Source of the DNA: Adineta vaga
Taxonomy: Eukaryota > Animalia > Rotifera
Length of the DNA: 64,000 nucleotides
Direction of reading: 5' to 3'
Assembly: GCA_021613535.1 (NCBI GenBank)
Contig: CP075494.1
Span: forward strand, 9,610,001-9,674,000
Positions 11,601 to 27,779 of the stretch are shown in pieces; within the stretch, counting starts at the first letter, position 1, and each line of letters starts with the position of its first letter. A program made the position numbers and the translations under genes. The notes beneath the pieces are model-generated. The model did no database searches, was not told where the DNA came from, and saw only the letters and a list, made by a program, of their open reading frames with translations.

Positions 11601-14600
11601 TGCAACGTGTACTTCTTGAACGTAATCAGTACAAACAACGTTTATTTGAACTTGAAGAAGCTATTCATCGACAAGATGCATTACGTGCATCAAAACTTGA
11701 ACAATTACATGCATCATCAACAACAACTCATACAACTAATGATAGTCTTTTCGATCAAGTTCAAAGCAAACATCGACCAATGTTTCGAAAGATGTGAGTG
11801 AATATATCAATGTTGTCTTTTCTGTTCATATGAAATTGTGCGCATTCTATCTCTCTGTTCGGTACATTTGATATTTTATTTAGCTACCTAACTAACTTTA
11901 CTAATATCTCTGCATGATGTGATTAACCAACTGACCGAACAAATATATCATTGCATATTGTTTTCCTTATAGAAACCTTTGATGATAAGCAAAGGTACAC
12001 AAACGAGTACACATCATCATCATCAGCAGCAAACGACACCAGACAATACTTCATCTATGAATACAGTAGTTCCGAGTGAAACTACAGCTATTACGTCTAC
12101 ATCGAAATCTTTGTGGCGTATGTTCAGTGAAGACTGGCTACCCACAACCATTGTGCCCACAAATATTTTGGGCGTACCAGTTGCTGATATACAGAGTGAT
12201 TTGAGAGAGGGTACAACACAAATTTCTGAGTTGTAAGAATAAAAAATTTCAACGATTGATTTATTTCTCTTACATTTACAAGCATATGATTTATTTTCTT
12301 GTCTTTCTTGTTTAGTTTTTCGGATTTGTTTGGCAGCAACACCAAGGAACCTTCAACTAAACGTTCAATTCCTACGACTACAACAGCTACTCTAAAGCAT
12401 AGTTCAATAAATGATCAAATTGCACCTACATCTGTGACGAACGAAAATTTTTCATCAGAGCAAGCATTGCATGAAAAGTATATGACAAGATTATCGATGT
12501 TTATTGATCAATAATATTTCCTTACTTATTTAGTTTATCAATAGCAAACCAAACACCAACAAAACGTTCTGATCATGATGAAAATAATCGTTTCGAAGCG
12601 TATGGTTGGAGTATTTCATCAAAGAATCAATTTAAATCATCAGATCATGATGGTAAACTGCAAGTTAATGTTCCAATGCCGATTTATTGTCGACCAATAT
12701 TTAATATTAATGATATAACACAGGTAATACTAGGATTAAAATTCCATATCTCTCTAGTTCATATTCCATTTACAGATTTGGTGTGCTGTTGGCATTGATT
12801 TGAGTGGTTTAACATTAGAGTCTGAAGATACATCTGTTGATCAAATCAATAAACAATTGATTGAATCATATCATCAAATGGTTGATGAACAATGTTTAAA
12901 ATTATCTTCGATTATTTGGATAGCTGCTAAGTTAAATGATATGGCAATGATTACAGTTATTGATTCAAATAAACCAGAGAAAATCATTGATACATTCACA
13001 ATAGAAAATGCTATTATTTATACAATGGGTAGTGTACCAGGTAAAGTGAACGATTCTTTTTTTATGTCATTCGAAGAAAACTGTATTTTAGGTACATCAA
13101 GTACAGATTATACATCATTTGATGATTCGAAATTGATTGAAATAACATCAGCAGCTGGTAAGATGCAACTTAAAATCTCTTCAGAAGAGATATTTGAATA
13201 TTTTAGATGTCAAAATAACTCCTTGTACAGCAGCATCACTTGCTACTGGTGGAAGTAAGATTGTGTTCTCCTTTCCAGAATAATATTTCACTAAATGCTT
13301 ATAGATCGTTCCAATACTATCGAAATAGCAGAACAAGTTCTGCCTGATGCTTCTCAACCGAGTATGTTTTTTTTAATAATTCATGTATGTGATTGCGGAT
13401 GATATCTGACTATGGTTTTTTTTCTTTAGTTGGTGACGCAAATAAAACAAAGTATCCAACGGTTTGGTTAGGTTCAAGTGATGGATGGTAAGAAAAAAGA
13501 TAAAACATTGGAAATGTTTTTCTATTGATTGATCTAACCTTTAGGTTATACATTCATTCGAGTATCGGTGAACATCGAATTACAATTGGAAAAGTTTGGC
13601 TTCGTCATGCTATATATAGTATTGTGTAAGAATGAAATTCAAATCAGTTTTAATCGAAATACACTTTGTTCCATTTCGTTAGTCATACTCGTGGACGTGT
13701 TTTTGTTACATTAGCGAATGAGAAAATCATCGTATTTCATCGTGATTCAGGTAAAATGATTCCAAATCAATAGAATAATATCGTATTTGCGTTCGTATAT
13801 TAAGATGGCACATGGAGTTTGAATAATTTTCATTTAATTGTAACTGGTAAAACTCGAGAATCCGTTCGATGTGCTATTAATGTTGGAGATTCACTTTGGT
13901 GTGGAATCGCTAATCGTGTTTATGTTATTAATGTTCAAACATTAGAAATTCAAGTATATTTATTTCATTGGAACAGAAGAGAATTTCATCGTTCACATTT
14001 TTTTCCTAGAAACAATTTGAAGTACATTCTCGTCCAGAACATTCTGTTCAACATATGACTTGGTCGGGTGATGGAGTTTGGTTATCTATTCGTTTATCTA
14101 GTACTTTACAATTATATCATGCACATACATATCAACATTTACAAGATGTTGATATACAACCATATGTAGAAAAAATGATTAGTTAGTTTTTCATTGTTTC
14201 TTCATGAATAAAATATGTTTTCTTCAATTCTAGTTACGGAGAAAACAGGTCCATATTTTGTTCATATTAGTGCCTTAAATATTGCATGTCGTCGATTATG
14301 GATTGGTACTGGTAATGGTATTATTATATCAGTTCCCTTAGTAGACAGTAAGTCATATTTTCAATGAGAAATTTTTGTGGTCGGCATTGATCAAATAATA
14401 CATTATTTTCAGGTATTATATCTTCATCTAATTCAACATCGACAAAACCTGGTTCGGTTGTTCGTGTAAATGATCAAACAACATCTTCAAACTATATTCC
14501 ATATTGTAGCATGAACAATGCTCAATTATCTTTCCATGGTTATCGAGATGCAGTAAAATTTTTTGTTGCTGTACCTGGACAAACACCCTCGAAATCCTTG

Positions 14601-14786
14601 GTTCAGGATGAAACAATTTCAGAAACTCTAACAACTATTTCATCTTCATCACCCTTTGGTGATATACTTGTTGTCAGTGGTGGAGATGGATACATTGACT
14701 TTCGTCAAGGCAACACGACAGTAATCGCAGAGAAAACGAATAGAAATGTATCGTATCTTATTGTATGGCATTTGGGTTCAGTTTAA
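8683..14786 (+). CDS. MAPK8IP3: JNK-interacting protein 3/4 (UNC-16/Sunday driver/SPAG9 family), many exons with candidate alternative exons
   Basis: RH1: [33 protein letters not shown]. Leucine zipper II: [26 protein letters not shown]2: [29 protein letters not shown]. The WD40-like C-terminus includes [48 protein letters not shown] and [10 protein letters not shown]. The constitutive junctions are all frame-consistent. Confidence 0.93.
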
Positions 14787-15270
14787 TGATCAAAGACAGA
14801 TTTCTCACCTAGTCAATCTGACTGATACATTTACGTTGTTTACAGTGATGTATTTTTAAGCACGATTAATACTTTATACATATAATTGTTCGCTTCTCTT
14901 TATCTTATTATCTATTCTAGTTGTTTTCTTATATCTCTAGTTATTTATCATGTCTATGCGAAAACAAATCTATTTATTGTTTTGGATATTTAGATATGTC
15001 TGTTCACGTTTTGTGATGGGATAAATAAACTTTCTTTTAAAATTCAATAGATCAATCCAATATAAAATCATTTGATATTTGAGGTTGTAAAACATTATTG
15101 CTTATCTATCTAAAATTTATGTTGAGTTTGATATTTACTGAATGCATGAGTCATATAATGAAAGAACAAAGAGCAACATACTTTGTTCTTATCATCTGTA
15201 TCATTTTACATATGAAAGTAATATTCAACGTTAGTCTTTAAATCCATTGATTGATTTTCTAATTCTAAGT

Positions 15271-16101
15271 ATGAATAATAGTTCAAATTATATTCAATTT
15301 CAAGATCCAAACGAACTTCGTCAAGCTATTCGTTCGGGTGAATTTAAAGCAACTACCAGTAGTCAATGTCCACAATATATTCAAGCGAATATGGTGATAC
15401 TACCGAAATCTGTTTCGAATAAATTCCTTGAATTTTGTCGATCAAATCCACGAGCTTGTCCTCTTCTTGAAATGTTACCAGCTGGTTCGTATAAACCGAC
15501 TAAATTAGCTAAAACTGATGCGGATATACGGACAGATTTACCAAAATATCGTATTTTTGAAAATGGGCAATTGATCAAAGAAGTTACCGATATACAAGAA
15601 TATTGGAATGATGAGATGGTTACATTTCTTCTCGGTTGTTCATTTTCATTTGAAAATGCTTTACAACAGAATGGTATTCGTATAAAAAATATTGATGAAA
15701 AGAAAAATGTATCAATGTATAAATGTTCAAAAATTCAATGTCCAGGTCCACTCGAACATGTGACATTAATTGTTTCTATGAGACCCATTCGTAATGATCA
15801 AGTTGAATTAGCTAAGAAAATAACTGGAGAATCACATTTTCAAAAAACACATGGTGAACCTTTATATTGTGGTTATAATTATGTTGAAGAATTAGGTGTA
15901 AACAAAGATTTAAATCAAGTTGATTTTGGTGATTCAGTAACAGTCGATCAACAAACGGAAACACCTTGTTTTTGGTACTGTGGTGTTACAGGAATTATGG
16001 CTGCAATTGAAATTAGTCAAATGGAGAAAGGTTTCTGTATAACACATTCTCCGGGATATATGTTTGTATCAGATATTAAAGAAGATGAAGACATTTTATG
16101 A
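15271..16101 (+). CDS. Stand-alone DUF1445/UPF0317 putative hydro-lyase (D-glutamate cyclase-like, YcsI-like), intronless, 276 aa
   Basis: Motifs include QANMVILP, FCRSNPRACPLL, DIRTDLPKYRIFENG, FLLGCSFSFENAL, NVSMY, VSMRP, HGEP, FWYCGVT and ITHSPGYMFVSD. The first ATG is at 15271; the ORF track starts upstream at a TTG. Confidence 0.9.
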   Translation: MNNSSNYIQFQDPNELRQAIRSGEFKATTSSQCPQYIQANMVILPKSVSNKFLEFCRSNPRACPLLEMLPAGSYKPTKLAKTDADIRTDLPKYRIFENGQLIKEVTDIQEYWNDEMVTFLLGCSFSFENALQQNGIRIKNIDEKKNVSMYKCSKIQCPGPLEHVTLIVSMRPIRNDQVELAKKITGESHFQKTHGEPLYCGYNYVEELGVNKDLNQVDFGDSVTVDQQTETPCFWYCGVTGIMAAIEISQMEKGFCITHSPGYMFVSDIKEDEDIL

Positions 16102-16319
16102 ATTAATAAATTCTTTATTTAACTTTGAATATCAAAGAATAGCAAATAATATACAATTAGTTTATTGATAATTGTCGATGAACTTTATTCATATGATTTT
16201 GTTCGTATCAACATTGATTTCGATAGATCTTTACAAGAACATGAACTAATTGAAGACGAAATTGTTCTGATACACAGATATGTATATATAAAATGGACTC
16301 TATAACAATTTAATCTTTT

Positions 16320-16555
16320 CATGCATACCGTAAAGAAACAATAATATAAAATAGTAGATTTCGACAAGTAAACTTAGTTTAACGTAATTGTTGATGCCAT
16401 CGATTACATGAACAAGTTGCAAAAACTTGATCAAATGTTGTTAAGATGCTAAATTGTCAAAGATACCAACGAAATTTACCATAGAATATTGATGTTCCTG
16501 CAGCAAAATATAGCTATTCCCAAATAGAGAATTAATTGGTTTGGACAACAATGTA
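16320..16555 (-). pseudogene. Probable decayed class A GPCR fragment (TM3 to second intracellular loop)
   Basis: The minus-strand frame reads FAAGTSIFYGKFRWYL*QFSILTTFDQVFATCSCNRWHQQLR*TKFTCRNLLFYIIV. This resembles the S..CK.....LS(M/T)IDRYACT region of the GPCR at 35768, but with in-frame stops. Confidence 0.5.
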
Positions 16556-17534
16556 AATGTAGAGATTGTCAGTGTAAATCTATATTGATCGTAAACGAAC
16601 TTTTTTCTACCGAAATTAGCAAGAAAAATACTTTTTTAAACAATATTCTGAAAACTTCTTTGGTTAGAAGAATAAAACTTCTTATTTCTGTAAACAATAG
16701 CGAATCATTTTAACGTTCAAAACTTTGTTGAGAAGTAAATTCACTTCGTATAATTACATTTGATTGATGTCAATATCATGAATCCCTGATTTGTAACGAT
16801 ATTTAGATTTAGATTTTTATGAACTAAATGAAAAAGAACGAGGTAATTATGAAAATCGTGATTATTATAAGTTTTCCTACATGAATCATTTATTCAGAGT
16901 TACTCGCTTCAACGAACAATTATAAGATTAATTCTAATTTTAAAATCGAACGAAGATAAAAATATAATTCATTATTTTCAATTCCAATATCGAATCTATA
17001 AATCTGTGGCAACTACTATTAATATAGAAATACTGAAGATCCTTTGTACAACACAATACCAAGATGTCTTCGTATATATTCAACACTTTGACAATACTTG
17101 TCTATAGTTGTTATCAACAATCTATCTTTTCATGAATAATTTATGATTGACAAGTTTATATTGTGGAACTGACAAAGATGTTTTTTGTCATATGCGTTTT
17201 AATTCATATAGTGATATTGATAAACAAAATTACGAATGAAAGCAAAAGCAGAAGCGTATTTTGAGTGTATTATTTCATTATTGTGCCTTGATTTAGTTTC
17301 TAACTATTTTATTTCTTAGAATATAGAATATTAATAGACAGGTGTCGGCAGACATCAAAGAATAAATTCTAAAAGAATTTTTGAAAGTTTTGTTTCATCA
17401 TGTAAACTGAATAATTAAAAAATACGTGATAAAAAGAAGAAACTACAGTAATCTTCTACTATATTCTCATTTCTTCGATTTCTTTGAACGTGTATTGTCG
17501 AAAGGATTTCTGAAATTTGTTTTTCAAATAAACG

Positions 17535-18524
17535 ATGGCTATCATGATGTCAAATGAAACACGTACCAATGCAACAGTGTCTGATGAATCGTCATCATCT
17601 TCAAGTATAGGAATAATTTTATCACCAAGAACTCGTTTCTGGATTTTTCTTGCTTTTGAAATTCCATCAGTTTTCTGTTCTCTTTTTCTGCTCTACAATC
17701 TTATCTTTGATCGAATACAAAGAAAAGCACTCAATAATCATATCATCGTCGTTATTCTCATTTTGACTTTTCTTATGCTCATTATTGATTTTCCAAATTA
17801 TCTTACTGTTCTGTATTCTGGCTCTGTTTTGATACAGTCACCGGTGAACTGTTCTTTTTGGTTATTTGTTGACATTGCTGGCTTCTATGGAATTGGTATA
17901 TTAATGGCATGGGCATCGATTGAAAGACATATTTTAGTTTTTCATAATCGATGGCTTCATAATCGAAAGAATCGTTTTTTACTTCATTATCTACCCATTG
18001 GTTTAATCATTTTGTATCTTTGTATATTCTATACTATCATTATATTCTTTGCAGCATGTGAAAATGTATTTGATTATACACAATTTGTTTGTTCAGGTGC
18101 ATGTGTTTATCAATTTGAAGCTATTGCCATGACGGATGGATTTCTTAATGGTGTTATTCCATGTTTTTTAATCACAATATTCAATACTTTATTACTCATT
18201 CGTGTAATTAAACAAAAACAACGTCTTCGACAAAATATAGATTGGCGTAAATATCGGAGAATGATTATACAAATGATATCATGTACAGGACTTTTTCTAC
18301 TATTCGATTTGCCTTTAATGGGTCTTTATATCGCTCAAGCATTTGATGTACCCTACGGTGCAACGGGTCAGTTTGAAATGTTTGTGTACTTTCTTTCGTA
18401 TTTTATTATTCTTTGGATGCCTTTCGTATGTCTTGGAACATCACCAGAAATACTGATGAAATTGAAGAAAATTATCAGAACACAACGTATCAATAACTCT
18501 ATTACTATACAACGCACATTATAG
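17535..18524 (+). CDS. Intronless class A (rhodopsin-like) orphan GPCR, 329 aa
   Basis: It has seven hydrophobic segments, N-terminal NxT glycosylation sites, a TM3 Cys, ASIERHILVF (DRY-equivalent ERH), a TM5 Pro (VIPC), TM6 DLP and TM7 MPFV. Confidence 0.88.
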   Translation: MAIMMSNETRTNATVSDESSSSSSIGIILSPRTRFWIFLAFEIPSVFCSLFLLYNLIFDRIQRKALNNHIIVVILILTFLMLIIDFPNYLTVLYSGSVLIQSPVNCSFWLFVDIAGFYGIGILMAWASIERHILVFHNRWLHNRKNRFLLHYLPIGLIILYLCIFYTIIIFFAACENVFDYTQFVCSGACVYQFEAIAMTDGFLNGVIPCFLITIFNTLLLIRVIKQKQRLRQNIDWRKYRRMIIQMISCTGLFLLFDLPLMGLYIAQAFDVPYGATGQFEMFVYFLSYFIILWMPFVCLGTSPEILMKLKKIIRTQRINNSITIQRTL

Positions 18525-18977
18525 ATTTGACGGTTACACAATAGTTTTATTTTTTAATTCTGCTGTGTAAATTTTAAAATATGTTGTGTGAAATAATTTG
18601 AAAAAAATAAAAAGTACAATGATTTTCAATAAGGACAATGTTCAGATGTGAACACCAAAGAATATTACATCCAGACTACCTGGAACGATGAACATTTTCA
18701 TCTACTATTTTATAGTTTTCATTTTGACTGAGAAATTCACTACTCTGCTGTATACTTCTGCCATCTATCTGTGAGAATAATGATTGAGTAGATACATTCT
18801 TTCACAGTATCCGTTTTTTAGTTTTCTTTCGAAAGAAAATTCTTCTAGTTAGTTATTTCATTCATTCATTCCGTATTTCTTCATCTTCAATTCAATAAAT
18901 CTTCACAACAGTACGAATCTATTCTCAAATCCTGATTATTAATATTTCTAGATCACATCAATAATTCCTACTAAATA

Positions 18978-24233
<5,256 letters not shown>

Positions 24234-24876
24234 ATTGAATCATTTTCGGACACAAATTCATTTTTCTTTGTTTGTTCTTCTATGTTTTCTAAAAATCGAA
24301 TTTTGTCTTTTTTTTTCTTTATGACTTGTCTATATATTGTCCATTCGTGATGAGCACTATGATGTTTATCTATCTAGTTGTTAAACACACAAGGAAAATA
24401 ACAGAGTACTATCATATTGAAATAAAGCTTCACGTACAAAGAATTCTATGAACATAAAATGACTTTCACTCGGATATCCAATTACTATATATATATATAT
24501 ATTATAACATATCATTACCTTAAGTATACTGACTTGAATAGATATTGCGTTGACTACTAACGCCATCTATTGATCAACTACAAACTTAATATAGAAAAAT
24601 TGTCGATCTATTATTCTGATGTTTATTTTATCAATTCACATAGCTTTAGTTGAAGTTATTTTTCTGAATATTTCAATCCTAATCTTATCATTTGCTATAA
24701 AACGATCAATACGAAAGCCAAAAGTTCATGCTTATTTATTTGTTTTTTTTTCTTTCCTTTCCTTTCCTTCTATTGCGCATCAAGCAAAACCTCACATAGA
24801 GAAAAAGAAATGTTTTATCCAGGTGACTTTTTCTAAGAATAATAACCCAATTTCAGATATCTTCATACAGACCAAC

Positions 24877-26495
24877 ATGTCAACGAGCGCCGAAGAAAAA
24901 GCCGAAGTTGATGCACTTATTGCTCAATTAAGTTCCTCACAAGATAATGACAGAAAAACCTCATCCAATATAAGCAGTAGTCCTGATGCTACTTCATCTG
25001 AACGTAAACGCATCTATATTCGTCAAAATTCAGGATCGAATTCGAACAATCATTCTTCTGGTTCACCTACGGATGCACATAAACATTTGTTACAGAAAAA
25101 TGCAAAACTTTCTAAGAAGAATGATCGTAAATCAAGACAAGGTTCGTTCAGGAAATGAAAGGAAAATTTTGATTATATATTTACTTGATTCTATTTTCAT
25201 AGGGAAAGGTCGTGGTTTAGCTAAGAAAGGTGGTGGAGGTGGAAATTATACTTGGGGTAGTATGGGTTCCGAACTTCTCGACGAATATGCTGAAGACTTT
25301 GATGAAGAAGATCTGGATGATTTACAATATAATGAAGCGAAAGAAAAATTTCTTGCTGAAACAGCAACGGCAGCAGGACAAAGTCAATTAAAACCTATTG
25401 AAAACTTTGATAGAGATATTAAATTAATTATTGATGAATATTTTATTAATGGTGATGCAAATGATGTCGCACAATCCTTACGTAAATTTGATTTACGAAA
25501 ACATGGTGATGGAGAATTACTTGCCTATATAATTACAATAGCTTTAGAAAAATCGAATGTTCATAAAGAATTAATATCACGTCTTTTACATGATCTTAAT
25601 GGCGCTATATTTCGTGCAAATGATTATATTAATTGTTTCAATACATTATTGACAACATTGAATGATTTATCACTGGATAATCCTGAATGTTCTACTGACA
25701 TTGGTAAAAAGAAGAATTTTCTAACTTGAATATTTTCGAGATTATTCGATTGCTTTTTTCTTTCTCAAGGTAAATTCATTGCTCGTTCAATTGCCGATAA
25801 ATGTATTGATAATACGAATGGAAAATACTTCGCACGTTATAAAGGCAATGTGAAATGTGCGAAAATGCAAGCTGCTCTTGATAAAGCTGAGACACTTGTT
25901 TCTATGGGAGACTTTTATTTTCTTAATAATGTTTGGGGTGCCCGATCGAGTAAGTGTTTTTTTCTTCGAAATAATCGAATCTTTTGTTTGATTCTAGGTG
26001 GTTTTCGACCCGTGAGAGAATTAGCTGATAAAATGAGTTTTATTATTCATGAATATTATGATAGTGGTGATAGAGACGAAACAATTCGTTGTTTAAAAGA
26101 ATTGAATGTTCCACATTTTTTTCATGAATTCATCTATGGATTAATGGATTTCTGTTTGGGAAAAAATACTGAACGGTTAGTTGATTTTAAAATTCTAACG
26201 ATTCATCTATCCTTTATAATATTGTAGTGCCCAACAATTAACTATTGATTTATTGGAAACATTAACAAAAACAACTGTTATTACATATGATCAATTAAAA
26301 ACTGGTATGTTTCGTTTATTCGATGATATGGATGATATTCAACTAGATGTTCCAAATGTCTATGAACAATTACAAATCCTTATTAAACAATTAGATGAGA
26401 AGAAAATTCTCAATCAGGATATTATATCAAATATTCCTGAAAAAGGACGAAAACGTTTAACAAGCGGTGATGAAAATCCCAAACAAATCAACTGA
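24877..26495 (+). CDS. PDCD4: Programmed cell death protein 4 (tandem MA3 domains, eIF4A inhibitor), 5 exons
   Basis: It contains DRKSRQGKGRGLAKKGGGGGNYTWG, IIDEYFINGD, GKFIARSIAD, LKELNVPHFFHEF, DIQLDVP and a C-terminal GRKRLTSGDE. All junctions are in frame. Confidence 0.93.
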
Positions 26496-27469
26496 ATAAT
26501 CATGACAGTGTCAATTTTTAAGCAACAAAAAACCTTCAAATGATTTCTACAACTTTTTCTTTTCTCTCTCTGTCTCACTCTGTAAATTTACCTCTATATT
26601 AAATACAGTGACTTTCTTTTGTACATAATATTATTATTATTATTATTAAATAACGACATCGACACGCAATAGACAACATAGAATTTCAACGTTTTTTTTT
26701 CTTCTAGTGTCTTTGTATATATGAATAATTTGTCCTGGTTCTTTTTTTTCTTGTCAAAAATTAATTTGAAAATCATCACTCATCTTATTGTTTTATTCAT
26801 GTAATAAACTATAGTTTATTTAGCATATGTTCTCTTTTATTTCAAAAGACGAAGAAAAAAAAAAAGATCTGTCGATTATTTATTTACGTCAAAATAATTT
26901 TGTTTTTCTTCTAGATATAATCAATCATGATGAGATTTGTTTTGTATCATCATAAATAATTCATCGACAAGATCTGTAGAAAGTCTTTTATTATAAAATT
27001 GACGATTTTGAGTATACACTTAGACACTCAGTTTTCTATTTGATTTGCTCTTGAGAAACTTCATAAAACATCATTTCGTTTTATTCCTATTATATTCGAG
27101 AATCTGATGTTCGATTTCCTATTGATTCAGACAAGGTTAAATGTAGACATTCACAAATAATTTATACGAAAGAAAAAAACCTCCATATCTCATTTGTCTT
27201 CCTTCCATTTCTGTTGTTTCTCTATCGAAAATGTATTCGTTGAATTCATTAGATGCCGATTGAGGTGTAATTGAGAGCGTAAGTCATTCAATCGTTTGCA
27301 CACCTAAACGAAAGAAAAAGAGGGAGAGAGAGAGAGACAATCTGTTTGACGACAGTCTGTACTACGAAAAAAAACCGAAAGGCACATAGACAAATAATAC
27401 GCGCATGTCTTTTCGTCTAGTTCTTCTATCTTTGATTGAGACTATGTTTAATAATGTCAGAAAGAGAAG

Positions 27470-27489
27470 TACACACACACACACACACA
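27470..27489. repeat. (CA)n microsatellite, with a nearby (GA)n at about 27323-27336
   Basis: An acacacac... run is visible directly in the sequence. Confidence 0.85.
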
Positions 27490-27779
27490 TACATTTCTTT
27501 TCATCTCATTCTTTGTTATTATTTTTCTTCATAACATTCCGTTTAAGTTCATCTTAAAGTTATTTATCTGAATGTTATAAATCAAGTTTGTTCATAAAGA
27601 ATCTCACTTTTGATTAGAAATGAAAGTATGTCTATTTATTCGGATACTTTCAATGCTATCGTTTAGATTATTGTTAAGATTAAATATAATACATTTGTGA
27701 AGTTTTGAAGGCGAATTTAACAAACGATCGTGATTTCTTTAGATTATGTAATTTATTTTCTTGTATAATTTTCACAACC

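Noticed and set aside
24619-24876. Hydrophobic N-terminal extension of the PDCD4 ORF
   Set aside because: It is T-rich UTR or intron-like sequence that is open by chance. The ATG at 24877, after an acceptor, fits the family.
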